Source: Felis catus
Lineage: Eukaryota
NCBI RefSeq assembly: GCF_018350175.1
Contig: NC_058382.1
Location: 50,718,001 to 50,782,000, forward strand
Reading direction: 5' to 3'
Length of the DNA: 64,000 nt
Shown here: positions 1-12,433 of the stretch, piece by piece
Position numbering within the stretch: position 1 is the first letter of the stretch
How the letters are laid out: each line of letters starts with the position of its first letter
Program-made: the position numbers and the translations under genes
Notes under the pieces: generated by a model
Databases searched by the model: none
What the model saw: only the letters and a program-made list of their open reading frames with translations
Told to the model about the DNA's origin: nothing

Positions 1-1725
1 GGTTCTGATGTTAGGCTGAAGGGGATGTGCTGTGTGTCCCACGCGTTCAATAAAACTAAGCTTCTCCGGTATGCATTTAAATCAGATTTTCAGTTTCCCA
101 TTAAAAAATCTGTGAAACTACCTTGTCAGCCATGGTTTTATAGGATCCCCTGTCCACGCGGAAGTTAAAGTTAATGCTCCCTGAGTTGACATACGGAGCC
201 AATTTGATGAATGTGTGTTCAAACGAAATACAGCTCAATGATTCAAAGCTGGGTAACACTGATGAACTCGCTTGCACTGCCTGGTTATTTTTTTTGATTA
301 AATTATTTTTATGATATAAGTACTTAGGGAAAACTAGAAAATTGGGACTGTAAAGATAATGTTGATTTTAAAAGACAACTAGCACTGTCCATTCGACTTG
401 CACTAAAACTTACAAGATAATAGGTACACCTATAATTGAGTGGTTACACCTACATTAATATGGAAGGATATATTGATTTTTGTGGTCAAAGCATTGCATT
501 TCTGAAAATGCTCCACGAATGGTATTTATCCCGTCCTCTCGTGCCATGTGGACTACAGTCTGCATAAACAGAAGGCATTTTATCATACGCATTCTTCCTC
601 AGGACTTCGCCACTTGAGATCGGGACTTTTTGAACATGCACACGCGGACATAGGGGAGATGGAAGGTCTTTTATTCTTCAGAAAATGTGGTGGAAAGGCC
701 CTTCGTTTCAGGGGACTGTTGATGGAGCTCTCGCAGTGTATGGATGGATATGATGAAGAAAACTGGATCGGAACTGACTTCATGGACATCACATAGCCTT
801 TCCATTAGTTCGGGTTGTTGACAACTAACTATAGCAGTGTTAATAGTACCTGTGATTCGCGCCAATCGAGATCAGATATTTTCATGTCACATTATGGTGT
901 CATACAGCTCTCAAAATAGTTTTTATTCATGACTAGAAATTACAGTAGTTATTAGACTGCCATAAAACTTGTTATTTAATGCAGTAAACATACATGTAGA
1001 TCAAATACTGGGATACCTCTCTATCAGTATTCTGAAACGAAGCCCGCAGACTTCCCCAGACTGCCAAAATTTAAACTAAATGTGGTTAAAAACCCACTTT
1101 GGATGAATTTGCTGGGAGGCTTTGTCATTCAGTTGTTTTCAATGACAACAAGCTTGATTAAAATATAGAAATACAAGTTTTTAAACCATTGTGGGAGGGT
1201 CATCAGGATTGGAAAATCTCATCGCAGAGAACAGAAAATGGAAGGGGCTGAAAATATCCTGCATGTATAAGCCACCAATGAAGATTTATACTAATTAAAT
1301 ATAAGTAAGGCTTAAAAGCATACCTCTGAGAGAAGACCCAGATATTTCCATTAACTAAATTGTCCCAAATTAGTCCTTAAGTCATTATCATACAAGGGTG
1401 GCAAAAGTCAGACCAAGAGCTATTTGAAAATCAGTTGAGGCAAAAAAGAGCTTAGATAACAGAGTGGCACCTTAATACCACATGTCGTGGGCATTACTTG
1501 TTTTAGCCTCATTGGCATGTAGTTGCCATGTAGAAAACACAAATGTAATCTTTGGGGACATATTTAACTCCCATAGTGTTAGATTGGTATGTGATGTTTC
1601 TCTATTGACATTAGTTGGTTTTGTAAAAAGGGAAATTACCTCTTAACTAACCCCGAGAAAGCATGTCCCTTGATGAGTTACCCTTATTAAGCACAGTCAA
1701 GATTCCTGATTTACATTTATAGGGG

Positions 1726-1730
<5 letters not shown>

Positions 1731-1766
<36 letters not shown>
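1731..1766. repeat. (GT)n microsatellite
   Basis: Uninterrupted GT dinucleotide run. Confidence 0.95.
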
Positions 1767-1770
<4 letters not shown>

Positions 1771-1820
1771 TCATTCTGTAAAACTGAAGCCTACAACATT
1801 TAGTATTCAAAATGATTTTA

Positions 1821-1948
1821 GGGGCACCTGGGTGGCTCAGTCAGTTAAGCATCCAACTCTGGATCTCAGCTCGGGTCATGATCCGGGGGGTCATGAGTTC
1901 AAGCCCCACCTCCACATCACAGAGCCTATTCTAAAAAAAAAAAAAAAA
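1821..1948 (+). mobile_element. CanSINE, short form lacking the CT tract
   Basis: GGGGCACCTGGGTGGCTCAG tRNA-like head with box B-like GAGTTCAAGCCCC, followed by poly-A. Confidence 0.85.
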
Positions 1949-2445
1949 GAGAGAGATTTTAAAGTGTTACAGTTGTTTTCATAATATATACATGTCTTTC
2001 ATTAGCATTTGCTTTTCATCTTGGTCTGGCTGGTTGTCGTTTTCAAATATTGTACATTCAAAACGTTAATCAAGCCCATTTTGTTGAGAAGATTTTAAAG
2101 AAGTAGCATGAGAAAGAAACTTTGCCTCATTCGTTATGCAGCTGCTTTTCGAAAGCAATTGTCTTTGTGTGCTTGATCCATTTGGAAAGCAATTTGTCTA
2201 TTAATAGTATTATGACACTTTAATATAAATTCAAATCGATAAATGGCGTTCCATGCTAATTGCTCCTGGATTAAAAGTGGGAATTAAATATTCCAGTTCC
2301 ATAACTGGTGAAGATAATGCCTTTCCTGGCATGAGCATTTCCGTCAATTGCCTATCTATTTTTCAAGTTTTTATTCTTAAAAATTCTCTACAAATAACTG
2401 CACTCGTTGATACCCATGACCGTCCTTAAGACTGTTAAAACAGTT

Positions 2446-2652
2446 GGGGCACCTGGGTGGCTCAGTCGGTTAAGCGGCCAATTTTGGCTCAGGTCATGAT
2501 CTCACCGTTCGTGGGTTCAAGCCCCATGTCGGGCTCTGTGCTGACAGCTCAGAGCCTGGAGCCTGCCTCAGATGCTGTGTCTCCCTCTCTCTCTGCCCCT
2601 TCCCCACTCACGCTCTGTGTCTCTTGAAAATAAATAAATGTTTAAACAAAAA
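2446..2652 (+). mobile_element. CanSINE (SINEC)
   Basis: Canonical head, CT tract, AATAAA tail; degenerate TSD aagactgt. Confidence 0.92.
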
Positions 2653-5144
2653 AAGACTGTGGAAAGTTCATGGTAGCTAAATTATTGAGATGATCAAAAA
2701 CAAGTGAGTTAGATCTATCCAGCTATGTCAACCTTCAAGTAACTTGAAGATGCATCAATCACGTGTCTTCTGGATTCTGCTGAGTTAACTAGCTGGCTGT
2801 AATTGGTCACATCGATGCAATGTGACAGAGCATTGGGCCATATACATAGTATGAGGGATCGAGGGATCAGACCTACAAGAGACAGAAGCTGTGATTCTAA
2901 GTTTGGCTTTAAAAGAAATGTAGACCAAACATATCCAATCTTTCAGAGAATTTTCTTTAACAAAGCAACTCCGACTTCTCTCTACCCCTTTATTCTACAC
3001 CTACATTCTTATATTCCACCTAAAGCCACAAGCCTTCTTAATTCTGGTATCCCCTTCCTCTTCAACTGAATTGTAAGGTCCTATGGGCATGAATGGTGTC
3101 TCTGTGTTGAACCTATTTTTTTTCATGGATGAAGTGGATGCCCCACATTGCTTGCTGGGACTTTTAACGAGGGGGGCTGGTGCCTGATGGACTGAAATGA
3201 GTGGAATCTGTGGACCCTTGGCAAACAAAACCTTCATTGACTTTCTCAGACTCCCACAAATGCTTTCTGTTCTCCCTCTTTCTTGGTTGTTATTTCACCT
3301 GCCTGACTTCTGAAATTGGGGGCAGGGGGAAGTATCCCTCCTTAGGGTATGAGGTTTGGGTTTCTGTTTGGGTCTGACGGGCATTATCTCTTAAAAAGGG
3401 AAAACTTAACAGGAAGTGGGAGACAGAAAGGAACCAAGTAGATAAATTTCCCCTCTATTCTCTTCCCCAATATGAGATTCATCCTTGTAACTCTTCTGGA
3501 GAATTCCCAAGGGCTGAATGAGCATCCTATGGCCTGTGTCGTCCGTGGATCCATGTGAAGCAGTCCCCATCCTATTGGAGAATATGTTCTTTGGCCTCAC
3601 TTTCTTTTTCCTTCCCTTCCTCTTCTCTGGGCTTTTGCCACCCAAGTAACGTTTTAGCAACCCGAGTCCTTTCCTCAGGCTCTGTTTTCCCGGGTTGTGA
3701 CAATTTATATTAGAAGTATTTTTAAGATACAAATCTTCAAAATGGACTTGAGGATTTGGATTGCCCTCCTGAATGAAAGTAACAGTGATCACATCACTGG
3801 TCCTTAAGTGAGGTGGTACCAGTCCCTAGCACGCAGGGTTGGGTTTACTTAGAAGGAGATACTAGCTCATGTATCTACCCTAAGAAATTCTTGCTATACA
3901 TCAGGATAATGAAGTAGAATGGCTTTTGACAGAATTAAAGAAAGATGTGACAATCTCAGGGCAGTTGACGGCCAATTTAAGACAGAAATTGTTGTGAAAT
4001 CCAGAGGACCTCCACTGGGGCTTTGAGGCCTTTGAGGCTCTTTAAGGCTTCCCGCAGCCTCAAAGAACCACATACTGGAAATAAGGCTTAGGCTCTGGTT
4101 ATAAGAGCGCAGACCCGCAAACAAAACTAAAGGTACGGGAAAAAATTAGTTCCTCTGACTCACCGGGGAATACATGGGTGGATAAATACAAGGCCTTTTT
4201 ATCTTCAAAGTTCCCTGCTTTCCACAGGACATTAGCTTTCCCTGGTCTGGAGGCCAAGTGAAGGCCTTACTGAAAGCAGGTACCTTGTGGGATAAAACTT
4301 TCTCCCTCACTGCCTCCAAGTCAATAACCAGAGTCCGTTCTCAATGATGAAGTACAAGCCCTCTGCCCCGGGCGGGGAAAGAAACAGCACAGCAAAGCAG
4401 ATTCAGGACATTGCGATTATGTCAAGCACAACTGGGAGTATGTGTGGACGGCCGTGAACTCGTAAGTGCTTGAGACTGTGTGTGTGGTACATGCACGTGC
4501 AATATGAAACTGAATAGGACCGAATTCATTGACGGGCACGCTTTCTCCCATAATTCATTCTCGTAAAAATGTTGGGAGCTGATCTTAATATTTTTCTTCG
4601 ATGGAACCGTGGAGCCTTGATCAAATGATAGGCTTCCAAATAAGCGGAGTGCAAACACCTCTCCACAGTGCAGAACAAAGTGGTGGGCATGTTAGAATGA
4701 CTTAGGATGCAGTGTTGAGTTTTCACAATCTGATATAATTGACCTGCTCACCCTGAGTTCTCTTTCTTTGAATGATGTGAGAAAAGGAAACAAGATATAG
4801 AAGGTCAGTTATTTTCTTCCAAAACGGAGACAGTAGTGGGATAGTGGACACATTAAATACTTTGATTGGTTTCTCTTTTTTAAAGATCCATCTTGCTTGC
4901 TCAAAGTTGCTGCTCAATTCTGAATTCCACAGTGACATCATCTGAAGGTGTGCTGTGGAAAACAGAAGATTAAGATTAACAAGATTGATTTATAAATCAA
5001 TTAGCAGTTATTGGCAGGTATATTGAAAGTTGAAAAGATTATAAACTTAAAGTATGTAATTAGTTTTCTTGAGGTGAGTTCATCACTACGAGTCATTATG
5101 TCTCAATTCCAGGACTCTTGTCATTAAGAGACCAGGTGAGTTTA

Positions 5145-5254
5145 GGAGCACCTGGCTGGCTCAGTTGTAAGGGCATGTGGCTCTTGATCTCGGGTTGTGA
5201 GTTTGAGCCCCACACGGGGTGTTGAGATGACTGAAAACAATGGAATCTTAAAAA
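5145..5254 (+). mobile_element. Old short CanSINE
   Basis: GCACCTGGCTGGCTCAG...GAGTTTGAGCCCCAC tRNA-derived body with A-rich end. Confidence 0.8.
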
Positions 5255-6314
5255 TTGGTGATTTGGAGCAAATTGCTTCATTCAACTTCTTTGTAAAATG
5301 AGCCAGGTTTAAATTCTTTCAAAACTTTTTGGATAGTTTGATGTAGCATCACATTAATGAACTGATTCATGGGGAGGTTATTTGTGTTGGTTGGAAACAT
5401 TGCTGACAGTCGCCAGTAAATCAGGTTTTGAGGAGCACGTCACAGAACCCAATGGCTTCTGAGATCCCTGAGGAGAGTGCTAAGATTGTGAAGTTCTCAA
5501 AGTAAATTTACAAAATCAACTTTTAAAATGTGTTTTGAAATATCAGATCGATGGGTTGAGCGATTGAGTGCTTTTTCTGAACAAATCTGAGTTATTCCAC
5601 TGAAACAGAAAAGACCACATGTGTTATTAAGTAACCTTTCAATAAAATAATTGGCATTGAATTTAAACGATTGTCACATAGATTATGCAATACACTGGAG
5701 TACTGGTACTTTCTGATAGTTTGAGATAGCCCAGCAGTATTGGCCAAGTACGTAGGCCTACTTTATGCGGCAACAGGTCGGAATAGTTAAGAATATTGCT
5801 GTCCTCGGCTAAAATGAAGAATATAGTTAAGATTGTTTCTAAGAATAGGAATACAGATATTATGTATCTCTGCATGAAGTGATCACTTCATTCCTGAAAC
5901 TTGCATCTATATTTATAAATAAAATCATAATAATTATACCAGTGTTGACAGAATTTGTCAAGAAAAATCTTTTCCAGAGCTTCTTTCATTAATGCAATTT
6001 ATTTCATTGATTGATATTCCGTACAGTGATGTAAAATTATTGCACTTTTTCCTTTTTGATTATAACTTATTTTTCACTAAGACCTTTTCTGTGTGGTTAT
6101 ACAACAAATTTGTTTCATGATGGAGAATTTGTACATATATCAATTTTACTGGTTACCGTTATCAGCCTTGTGAATTTCTTTATGATGGCTATGTAATCCA
6201 ACTCAAATTGTGCAGGGCCAAATTTTGCAACATGCTTTGTGTGGACCACTCTACTCCTTACTCGCATGCACCGTTGAGTCAACGATCCATAGCAGGATTT
6301 TAACATACTAATTA

Positions 6315-6539
6315 GAGTAAAACCTTAGATCGCGAGTAACTTGTTCCACAAGACGAGCAAACATTTTTAATAAATTTGAACTTGATAAGCGAGTGATGTC
6401 TTGCAACACGAGTAGTATATGATGCTGAATGTCACATGATCACAAGTGAGACAATGAAATTGTCTTGAAATTCACAAGTGCTTTTAGATTACAAGCATTT
6501 TGCTGGAACAAATTATGCTCGCCATTCAAGGTTTTACTG
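6315..6539. mobile_element. TcMar/Tigger-like MITE
   Basis: About 34-bp imperfect terminal inverted repeats (gAGTAAAACCTT...TTGTTCCA / TGGAACAA...AAGGTTTTACTG); TA immediately to the left. Confidence 0.8.
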
Positions 6540-6989
6540 ATTCTTTGTTTATGTGTTTGATCTGTATAATCAAAAAGATATCACTGCCAGTGATTACCTA
6601 TATACCTTAATAATTGTGCAGCCTTCCTCCAGAAGTAACCCTGCAGCATTTATGTGAGCCAACAATACTGCCGAAGCGTCTCTTACTGGAGGCCAGACAG
6701 CTAAGATGGGGTCAAATAGGGGGGTCAAAAAGAATTGAATGGAATTAGGGAAAGTTCATTTTCTACAGCCACTAATTCATTTATAACATTTGATCTGTTT
6801 TTAATCTGATTGAAATTAAAATCTGGTCCTGAGGATCTATCAATAATTTATACCATGATTTGTCAAAAAGTACATTATGGTTATAAATGGCCAGGATAAA
6901 ATGAACTTAGTTTTGGAACAATGTATGTGTTGTTTAAACTTTCCTTAAAAATTTTGTGATTAGTAAGTGGTATTGAAATTAGAAGTATA

Positions 6990-7215
6990 GGGGCGCCTGG
7001 GTGGCACAGTCGGTTAAGCATCCGACTTCAGCCAGGTCACGATCTCGCGGTCTGTGAGTTCGAGCCCCGCGTCGGGCTCTGGGCTGATGGCTCAGAGCCT
7101 GGAGCCTGTTTCCGATTCTGTGTCTCCCTCTCTCTCTGCCCCTCGCCCGTTCATGCTCTGTCTCTCTCTGTCCCAAAAATAAATAGACGTTGAAAAAAAA
7201 TTAAAAAAAAAAAAA
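6990..7215 (+). mobile_element. Young felid SINE (SINEC_Fc-type)
   Basis: CpG-rich near-consensus body; perfect 15-bp TSD gaaattagaagtata (6975-6989 / 7216-7230). Confidence 0.95.
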
Positions 7216-7306
7216 GAAATTAGAAGTATAAAGAGGTCTAGGTGATCACCCACAGTGGGTTTTGCCACAGAATGACAGACAGGACTTTTGTGGCCACCAC
7301 AATCCT

Positions 7307-7440
7307 CATTCATTCATCCATTCATTCAAAACTGGTTCACTGGGGCACTGTACTAAGTACCACAGATAAAATGATCTGCAAGACTGATAACACTCTTGGC
7401 TTTGTGGGTGTTAAAATTTAAGGGAGACGGGCAACAGTGT
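7307..7440 (-). mobile_element. L2 3' end relic
   Basis: (CATT)n tail followed by L2-like sequence. Confidence 0.5.
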
Positions 7441-7769
7441 GCTGAGTACTAGGACTCCAGAATTTCATGGAATATTTAACTCCGGTTCAACGAGGTGCCC
7501 CATGGAGAATGTGATCCCAATGCGAGACAGAGAATGTAGACTGGCTCAGAGCTTTCCCATCCCAGGCAATTCTAACAGCTCTTTGGGTACCTCTCTTCTC
7601 TGGGGATCACCAGTAATCACTGAACCACAGATGTCTGTGGTTTATTTCACACAGTTAAATAAAATTCCAAATAAATGATCTAATATGGGGATCCAGATTT
7701 CTAAGTAGACCATTGGCTGTTCATTTTTTGGGGCAGCTTTTTCTTGCCACTGAGCTCAAGGCTCAACCT

Positions 7770-8420
7770 GTTTTTTGTGTGTTTGTTTGTTTGTTTTTGT
7801 TTTTGTCTTTTTATTCTCAAGTTAGATAATAGTGTAGTCTTGGCTTCAGAAACAGAATCCAATGATTCATCACTTACATATAACACCCAGGGCTCATCCC
7901 AACAAGTGTCCTCCTTAATGCCCACCACCCATCTTACCCACCTTCATCAACCCTTAGTTTCTTCTCTGTCTTTAAGTGTCTCTTATGGTTTGCCTCCCTC
8001 TGTTTCTGTCTTATTTTTCCTTCCCTTCCCCTATGATCATTTAAGTTTCTCAAATTCCACCTATGAGTGAAATCATAGGATATCTTTCTCCGACTGACTT
8101 ATTTCACTTAGCATAATACCCTCCATTTCCATCCATGTTGTTGCAGATGGCAAGATTTCATTCTTTTTCATCGCCAAGTAGTATTCCATTGTATATATAT
8201 ATATATATATACACGACCTCTTCTTAATCCATTCATCAGTTGATGGACATTTGGGCTCTTTTCATAATTTGGCTATTGTTGATAATGGTGTTATAACCAC
8301 TGGGGTGCATGTGCCCCTTCGAATCAGCACTCTTGTATCCTTTGGATAAATTCCTAGTAGTACAAATGCTTGGTTATATGGTAATTCTATTTTTAATTTT
8401 ATGGGGAAGCTCCATACTGT
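7770..8420 (-). mobile_element. L1 3' end (carnivore type), 5'-truncated
   Basis: T-rich tail, then ttatttcacttagcataataccctc, ccattcatcagttgatggacatttggg and similar L1 3'UTR/ORF2-end antisense motifs. Confidence 0.9.
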
Positions 8421-8431
8421 GGAAACCCATG

Positions 8432-8490
8432 TTTTTAAGTTTATTTTGAGGGAGAGCATGACCAGGGGAGGAACAAAGAGCAAGCGAGCA

Positions 8491-8538
<48 letters not shown>

Positions 8539-8636
8539 AGTCCTGACAAGGTGCTCAATCCCACGAACCATGAGATCATGACCTGAACAGAAACCAAGAG
8601 TCAGACACTTAAACACCTGAGCCACTCAGGCATTCC
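8432..8636 (-). mobile_element. CanSINE with expanded (GA)n tract
   Basis: Antisense SINE body; TSD-like aaaccca..ttttta. Confidence 0.9.
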
Positions 8637-8964
8637 TAAACCCAATTTTTAATCAGACATTTTAATCGTTTTTGGAGCCACGATGAATTCTGAAATCTGA
8701 ACTCTGATCCAGGACTCTGATTAGAAAGTCCATCTTTTTACATAAATGCCTGCACCTCCGTAATGTTTTTTCTCTTGTCTGATTAATTGAGGATCTATTT
8801 TGTCATTCTTCAATATGAACTGCACCTCCTTTTTTCTTTTTACACACCCTTCCTTCTTGCATATTAGAGTGCTCGAAGGTGCCCTTCAACCATACCCAAT
8901 CCAGGCATTAACACATCTCCCCAATCAGATCACGAGAGATCATGAATGCTGGGGGAAGAAGAAA

Positions 8965-9130
8965 TAAAAACTGAGTTCAAATCTTTGTTCTGCTGCATAG
9001 TCATTGTGTGACCTCATCAAAAATATAACCCCTCTTAAATGGGAGACAATTACAACCATACCCGGTGCTTAACAGGATTGATTTTAAAAAGTAAATGAAA
9101 AGTTTTAAGATCAGCCCTTGGCACAGTGTA
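8965..9130 (+). mobile_element. MIR relic
   Basis: ctgagttcaaatc...tgtgtgacctc...cttggcacagt MIR-like sequence. Confidence 0.55.
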
Positions 9131-9150
9131 GAGAAAGCAGTGTGTGCTAC

Positions 9151-9362
9151 TTTTTTTTTTTTTTAATGTTTTTAATGTTTGTTTGTTTTAGAGAGAGAGA
9201 TTGAGACGGAGCACAAGTAAGGGCGGGGCAGAGAAAGAGGGAGACACAGAATCCGAAGCAGGCTCCAGGCTCTGAGCTATCAGCACAGAGCCTGACGAGG
9301 AGCTCGAACTCACCATGAGATCATAACCTGATGCTTAGCCAACTGAGCCACCCAGGTGCCCC
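9151..9362 (-). mobile_element. CanSINE
   Basis: Poly-T then antisense body ending gccacccaggtgcccc. Confidence 0.92.
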
Positions 9363-9838
9363 ACGCGGTACTTACTTCTAAGGTTGCTGTTATCCCCAGT
9401 CCTCTGCTCTCTCTGCTACCAGCACCGCTAATTTTCTCATTCACGATGTGCTGGAATTTTAAGACTGAGGCTCTCAACGAAAAGCTCGCTTTCTGAAATC
9501 TAGGGGAACCGGCATCTGAGGTACATAGTGATCATGGGTGGTTATTGACAAAGCTAAGAAGTGAATATCAGTAAAAGTAAATGGCAGGTTTTGGAGAAGA
9601 ATGATAAAAGTATAAAACAGGGAGGCAACAGGAAATTTATTAGGGGGGAGTTGGAGAAAATATTACTTGTAGGAGCCATAGTTGGTAGGTAGTAAGATAA
9701 TGAATAAAGTCAGAAAGAGGAAGCGTTGAGAAGCAGTGGTTTATTCAGGTAATTGTTGCGTTTATCTGGTCAATTTTTATCCCCAAATATCTTTCTGGCA
9801 GTAGCTCTGTTTTAACTACATTTCAAATTTGCTTTTTT

Positions 9839-10023
9839 CAGTAGGAGTGTGTCGGTAGATTTTCAGAGAGAAGAAAACAAAAGAAAAGGGAACCCCCATC
9901 CCGATTGATAGCTTTTGCCAATTTCCGGGGTGTAAATACTCCCGGATGGTTCTAGGATTGAAAAGAAATTCACAGACGTGGCTTTCTTGTGAGCTGGTAC
10001 AAGCTGGTTCCAGCACGCCTCTG
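9839..10023 (-). mobile_element. MER63-like hAT (Blackjack) non-autonomous element
   Basis: Minus strand reads cagaggcgtgctggaaccagcttgtaccagctc...gggagtatttacaccccggaaattggcaaa, resembling the recalled MER63 consensus. Confidence 0.7.
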
Positions 10024-10944
10024 CTTTTAAACCTTGTTGAAAAGTGAATGCTTACAGCATTGTATTTTTAACAGTGACCACAAAATGAGCTTTAATCCTC
10101 ATACTAGAAGTCTAAGTGGACTCTGTACATATTATGTTCCTGTCTCTTTATGGGCTTTAAGGCTGCCTTTTAGGGACTGCTCTTTTCTCCCTGAGCTGCC
10201 TGGCTTCAATTACAGTTAATTGTGACCATAAAAACTATTAATCATTTTGCGAAGGCTACTTCTGTGTGTGGGGAAATCAAGAGAATAGATGAACACATTA
10301 GGCAGGTAATAATGGCCTTTGCACTATAAAAATTTTATTAGAAAAAGCAAAACATAGCATCTAACTATCATCACTTATTATTTATATTAACATTAAGCAC
10401 ATTTGAAAAGAATGCAAGCACAGAGACTCAACTCAGCTCCTACACAGCATCCATCTGATTAACCTACAAACGTTATGTCTCCTCCATCAAATAGTTATTC
10501 CCTTAATATCTTTTAAAGAGATTTCTTTGGTGCTTCAGATGTCAGAAGAAGCAAGGTCTTGACACTTATATGTATTTGCCCGAGTTAGCCACTTACGGCT
10601 GTCCCTTGTCATAAAAGTCCTCAGTGCCTGGTCTAAACGCGACTTTGGGAAGGGCCCAAGCGTCTGTAGGAAGGGGGTACCCAGCCCAAGGGAAGAGACG
10701 TAAGTTCCTGCAGGAAGATGCTGAGTGTCTACACACACAGCTCTGTCCAGGCAAATAAAAATATCCTTTCGATCTGTCATCAAGGCAGCAGGGAAATGGA
10801 CAGCCTGATCGGTGCGTCTGGGTGGTACCACGAGGCCCAGAAGAACAGGAACCGGGGACACCGGGTGTTTTAACTTGAGCTGTGTGTCAACCTAAAGAGG
10901 CTTTGTGCAGCATCGACCAGATTCGCTAAGCAGCATTTTTTGAA

Positions 10945-11135
10945 GGGCACCTGGGTGGCTCAGTTGGTCGAGCTCCTGACTTCTGTCCGGGTCATGAGCT
11001 CACAATTGGTGAATTTGAGCCCCACCTCCGGCTTGCTGCTGTCGGTGCAGAACCCACTTGGGATCCTCTGTCCCTCCCCCACTTGCGTTTTCTCTCTCGA
11101 AAATAAATGTAAAAAAAATTTTTTTTTTTAAAAAA
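10945..11135 (+). mobile_element. CanSINE
   Basis: Canonical head and AATAAA tail. Confidence 0.88.
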
Positions 11136-11608
11136 GAAGTCGTTTTTGAAGAAATACTAGCGTAGAGGTGTGCTCTTCCTCCTGGAGATCCTACTTCACT
11201 GCTCTTCACTGCTCTCAGAGAGGGGGGATGGACAGGTCCATAGACAGCTACCCATTCTGAAAGCCAAGTACTTCTTGGGTAAACAGGGGACACGGGGTCC
11301 TCCAGGAAATTTGTGCCACTAGAGGCAGTGCCGGAGGGGCCAGTTTGAGGTGACTGCAGGAAGCCGGGACCGAGGATGGGGACGACCGCAAGCTGCGTTG
11401 GACGGCACGGGCAATCCTCGGGAGGGGCTTTGCTGTGGCTCGGACATCCTGGAAGGTGATCTTGGCTTTGCTGTCTTCCCTGTAGAGGGCAACAGCTCCC
11501 ATCGTCTTCAGGATCCAAAGGGAATGGGGGACATAGTGACTTTTTCCTTTTCATCATGCTCTTCCTTAAGCTTCGATAAAAACTACTTAAGCTTAGGAAT
11601 CCTGGGAA

Positions 11609-11692
11609 TGTGTGTGTGTGTGTGTGTGTGTGTACATATATATGTGTATATATATATGTATATATATGTATATGTATGTATATATATATATA
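11609..11692. repeat. Compound (TG)n(TA/TG)n microsatellite
   Basis: Directly visible. Confidence 0.9.
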
Positions 11693-11891
11693 TTAATGTT
11701 TATTTTTGAGAGAGAATGAGCGTGAGCAGGGGAAGAACATAGAGAAAGAGAGGGGGACACAGAGTCTGAAGCAGACTCCAGGCTCTGAGTGGTTAGCACA
11801 GAGCTCACTGTGGGGTTTGAACTCACGAACTGTGAGATCATGACCTGAGCCAAAGTCAGATGCTTAACTGACTGAGCCACTCAGGCGCCCC
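11693..11891 (-). mobile_element. CanSINE
   Basis: Antisense body; TSD gaatcctggga at 11597 and 11893. Confidence 0.92.
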
Positions 11892-12124
11892 AGAATCCTG
11901 GGAGTTTCGTTGCTAAAAACTTCCTGCAGAGGCTCCAATTGAATCTGTCAATCAGACGGGATGACTAAGGTGCTTGGACCCTGGGATGTGGGAATTAGCA
12001 CTTAAACATTCTAATAAGCTTTCAGCCTTCTCTAGGGGGTAGAGTTGAGACTTAAGGAGCCCTTTGTGGAAGAATGCTTGTATGTAACGTAATTGGAATG
12101 AATCCTTCTCACCCAGCACGCTTA

Positions 12125-12310
12125 TTTCCTGGGGTTCTGCTGAGAAATCCATACGCATCATTCTATTCAGTCCCCACAATCACAACGAAACTGGCACCTT
12201 TATTATTATCATGTATTATGATGGTGTCCAAGTGGGATGTGGGGAAAACTCAATTTTAGTGGGAATACGTGCTGTGCCCAAGGATTTAGTCAGGAAGTGA
12301 TTTGAACTCA
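12125..12310 (-). mobile_element. MIR relic
   Basis: Antisense MIR-like motifs (cattctattcagtccccacaat...ggaaaactca...cccaagg...gatttgaactca). Confidence 0.45.
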
Positions 12311-12433
12311 CTTATTTGAGACACCTAAGAGGCTAGGGCTTGTCAACTTCTGGCACCAAATCTCTGTGTCTGTGTTGGACATTGATGGAAACTACCACGC
12401 GAATTACTGACAGCATTTAAAATTTGTCTTCTT

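Noticed and set aside
548..796. 82-aa plus-strand ORF with an internal acceptor-like ttcttcctcag
   Set aside because: GTG start, no recognisable homology and no linked exons.
3406..3792. 128-aa minus-strand ORF
   Set aside because: Its Lys/Arg-rich stretch reflects a plus-strand pyrimidine tract; no homology or exon structure recognised.
10535..10861. 108-aa ORF bracketing AG...GTAAGT on the minus strand
   Set aside because: Peptide unrecognised; splice-like sites at this density are expected by chance.
11000..11557. 185-aa minus-strand ORF
   Set aside because: Runs into a SINE; the open frame is explained by local GC richness.
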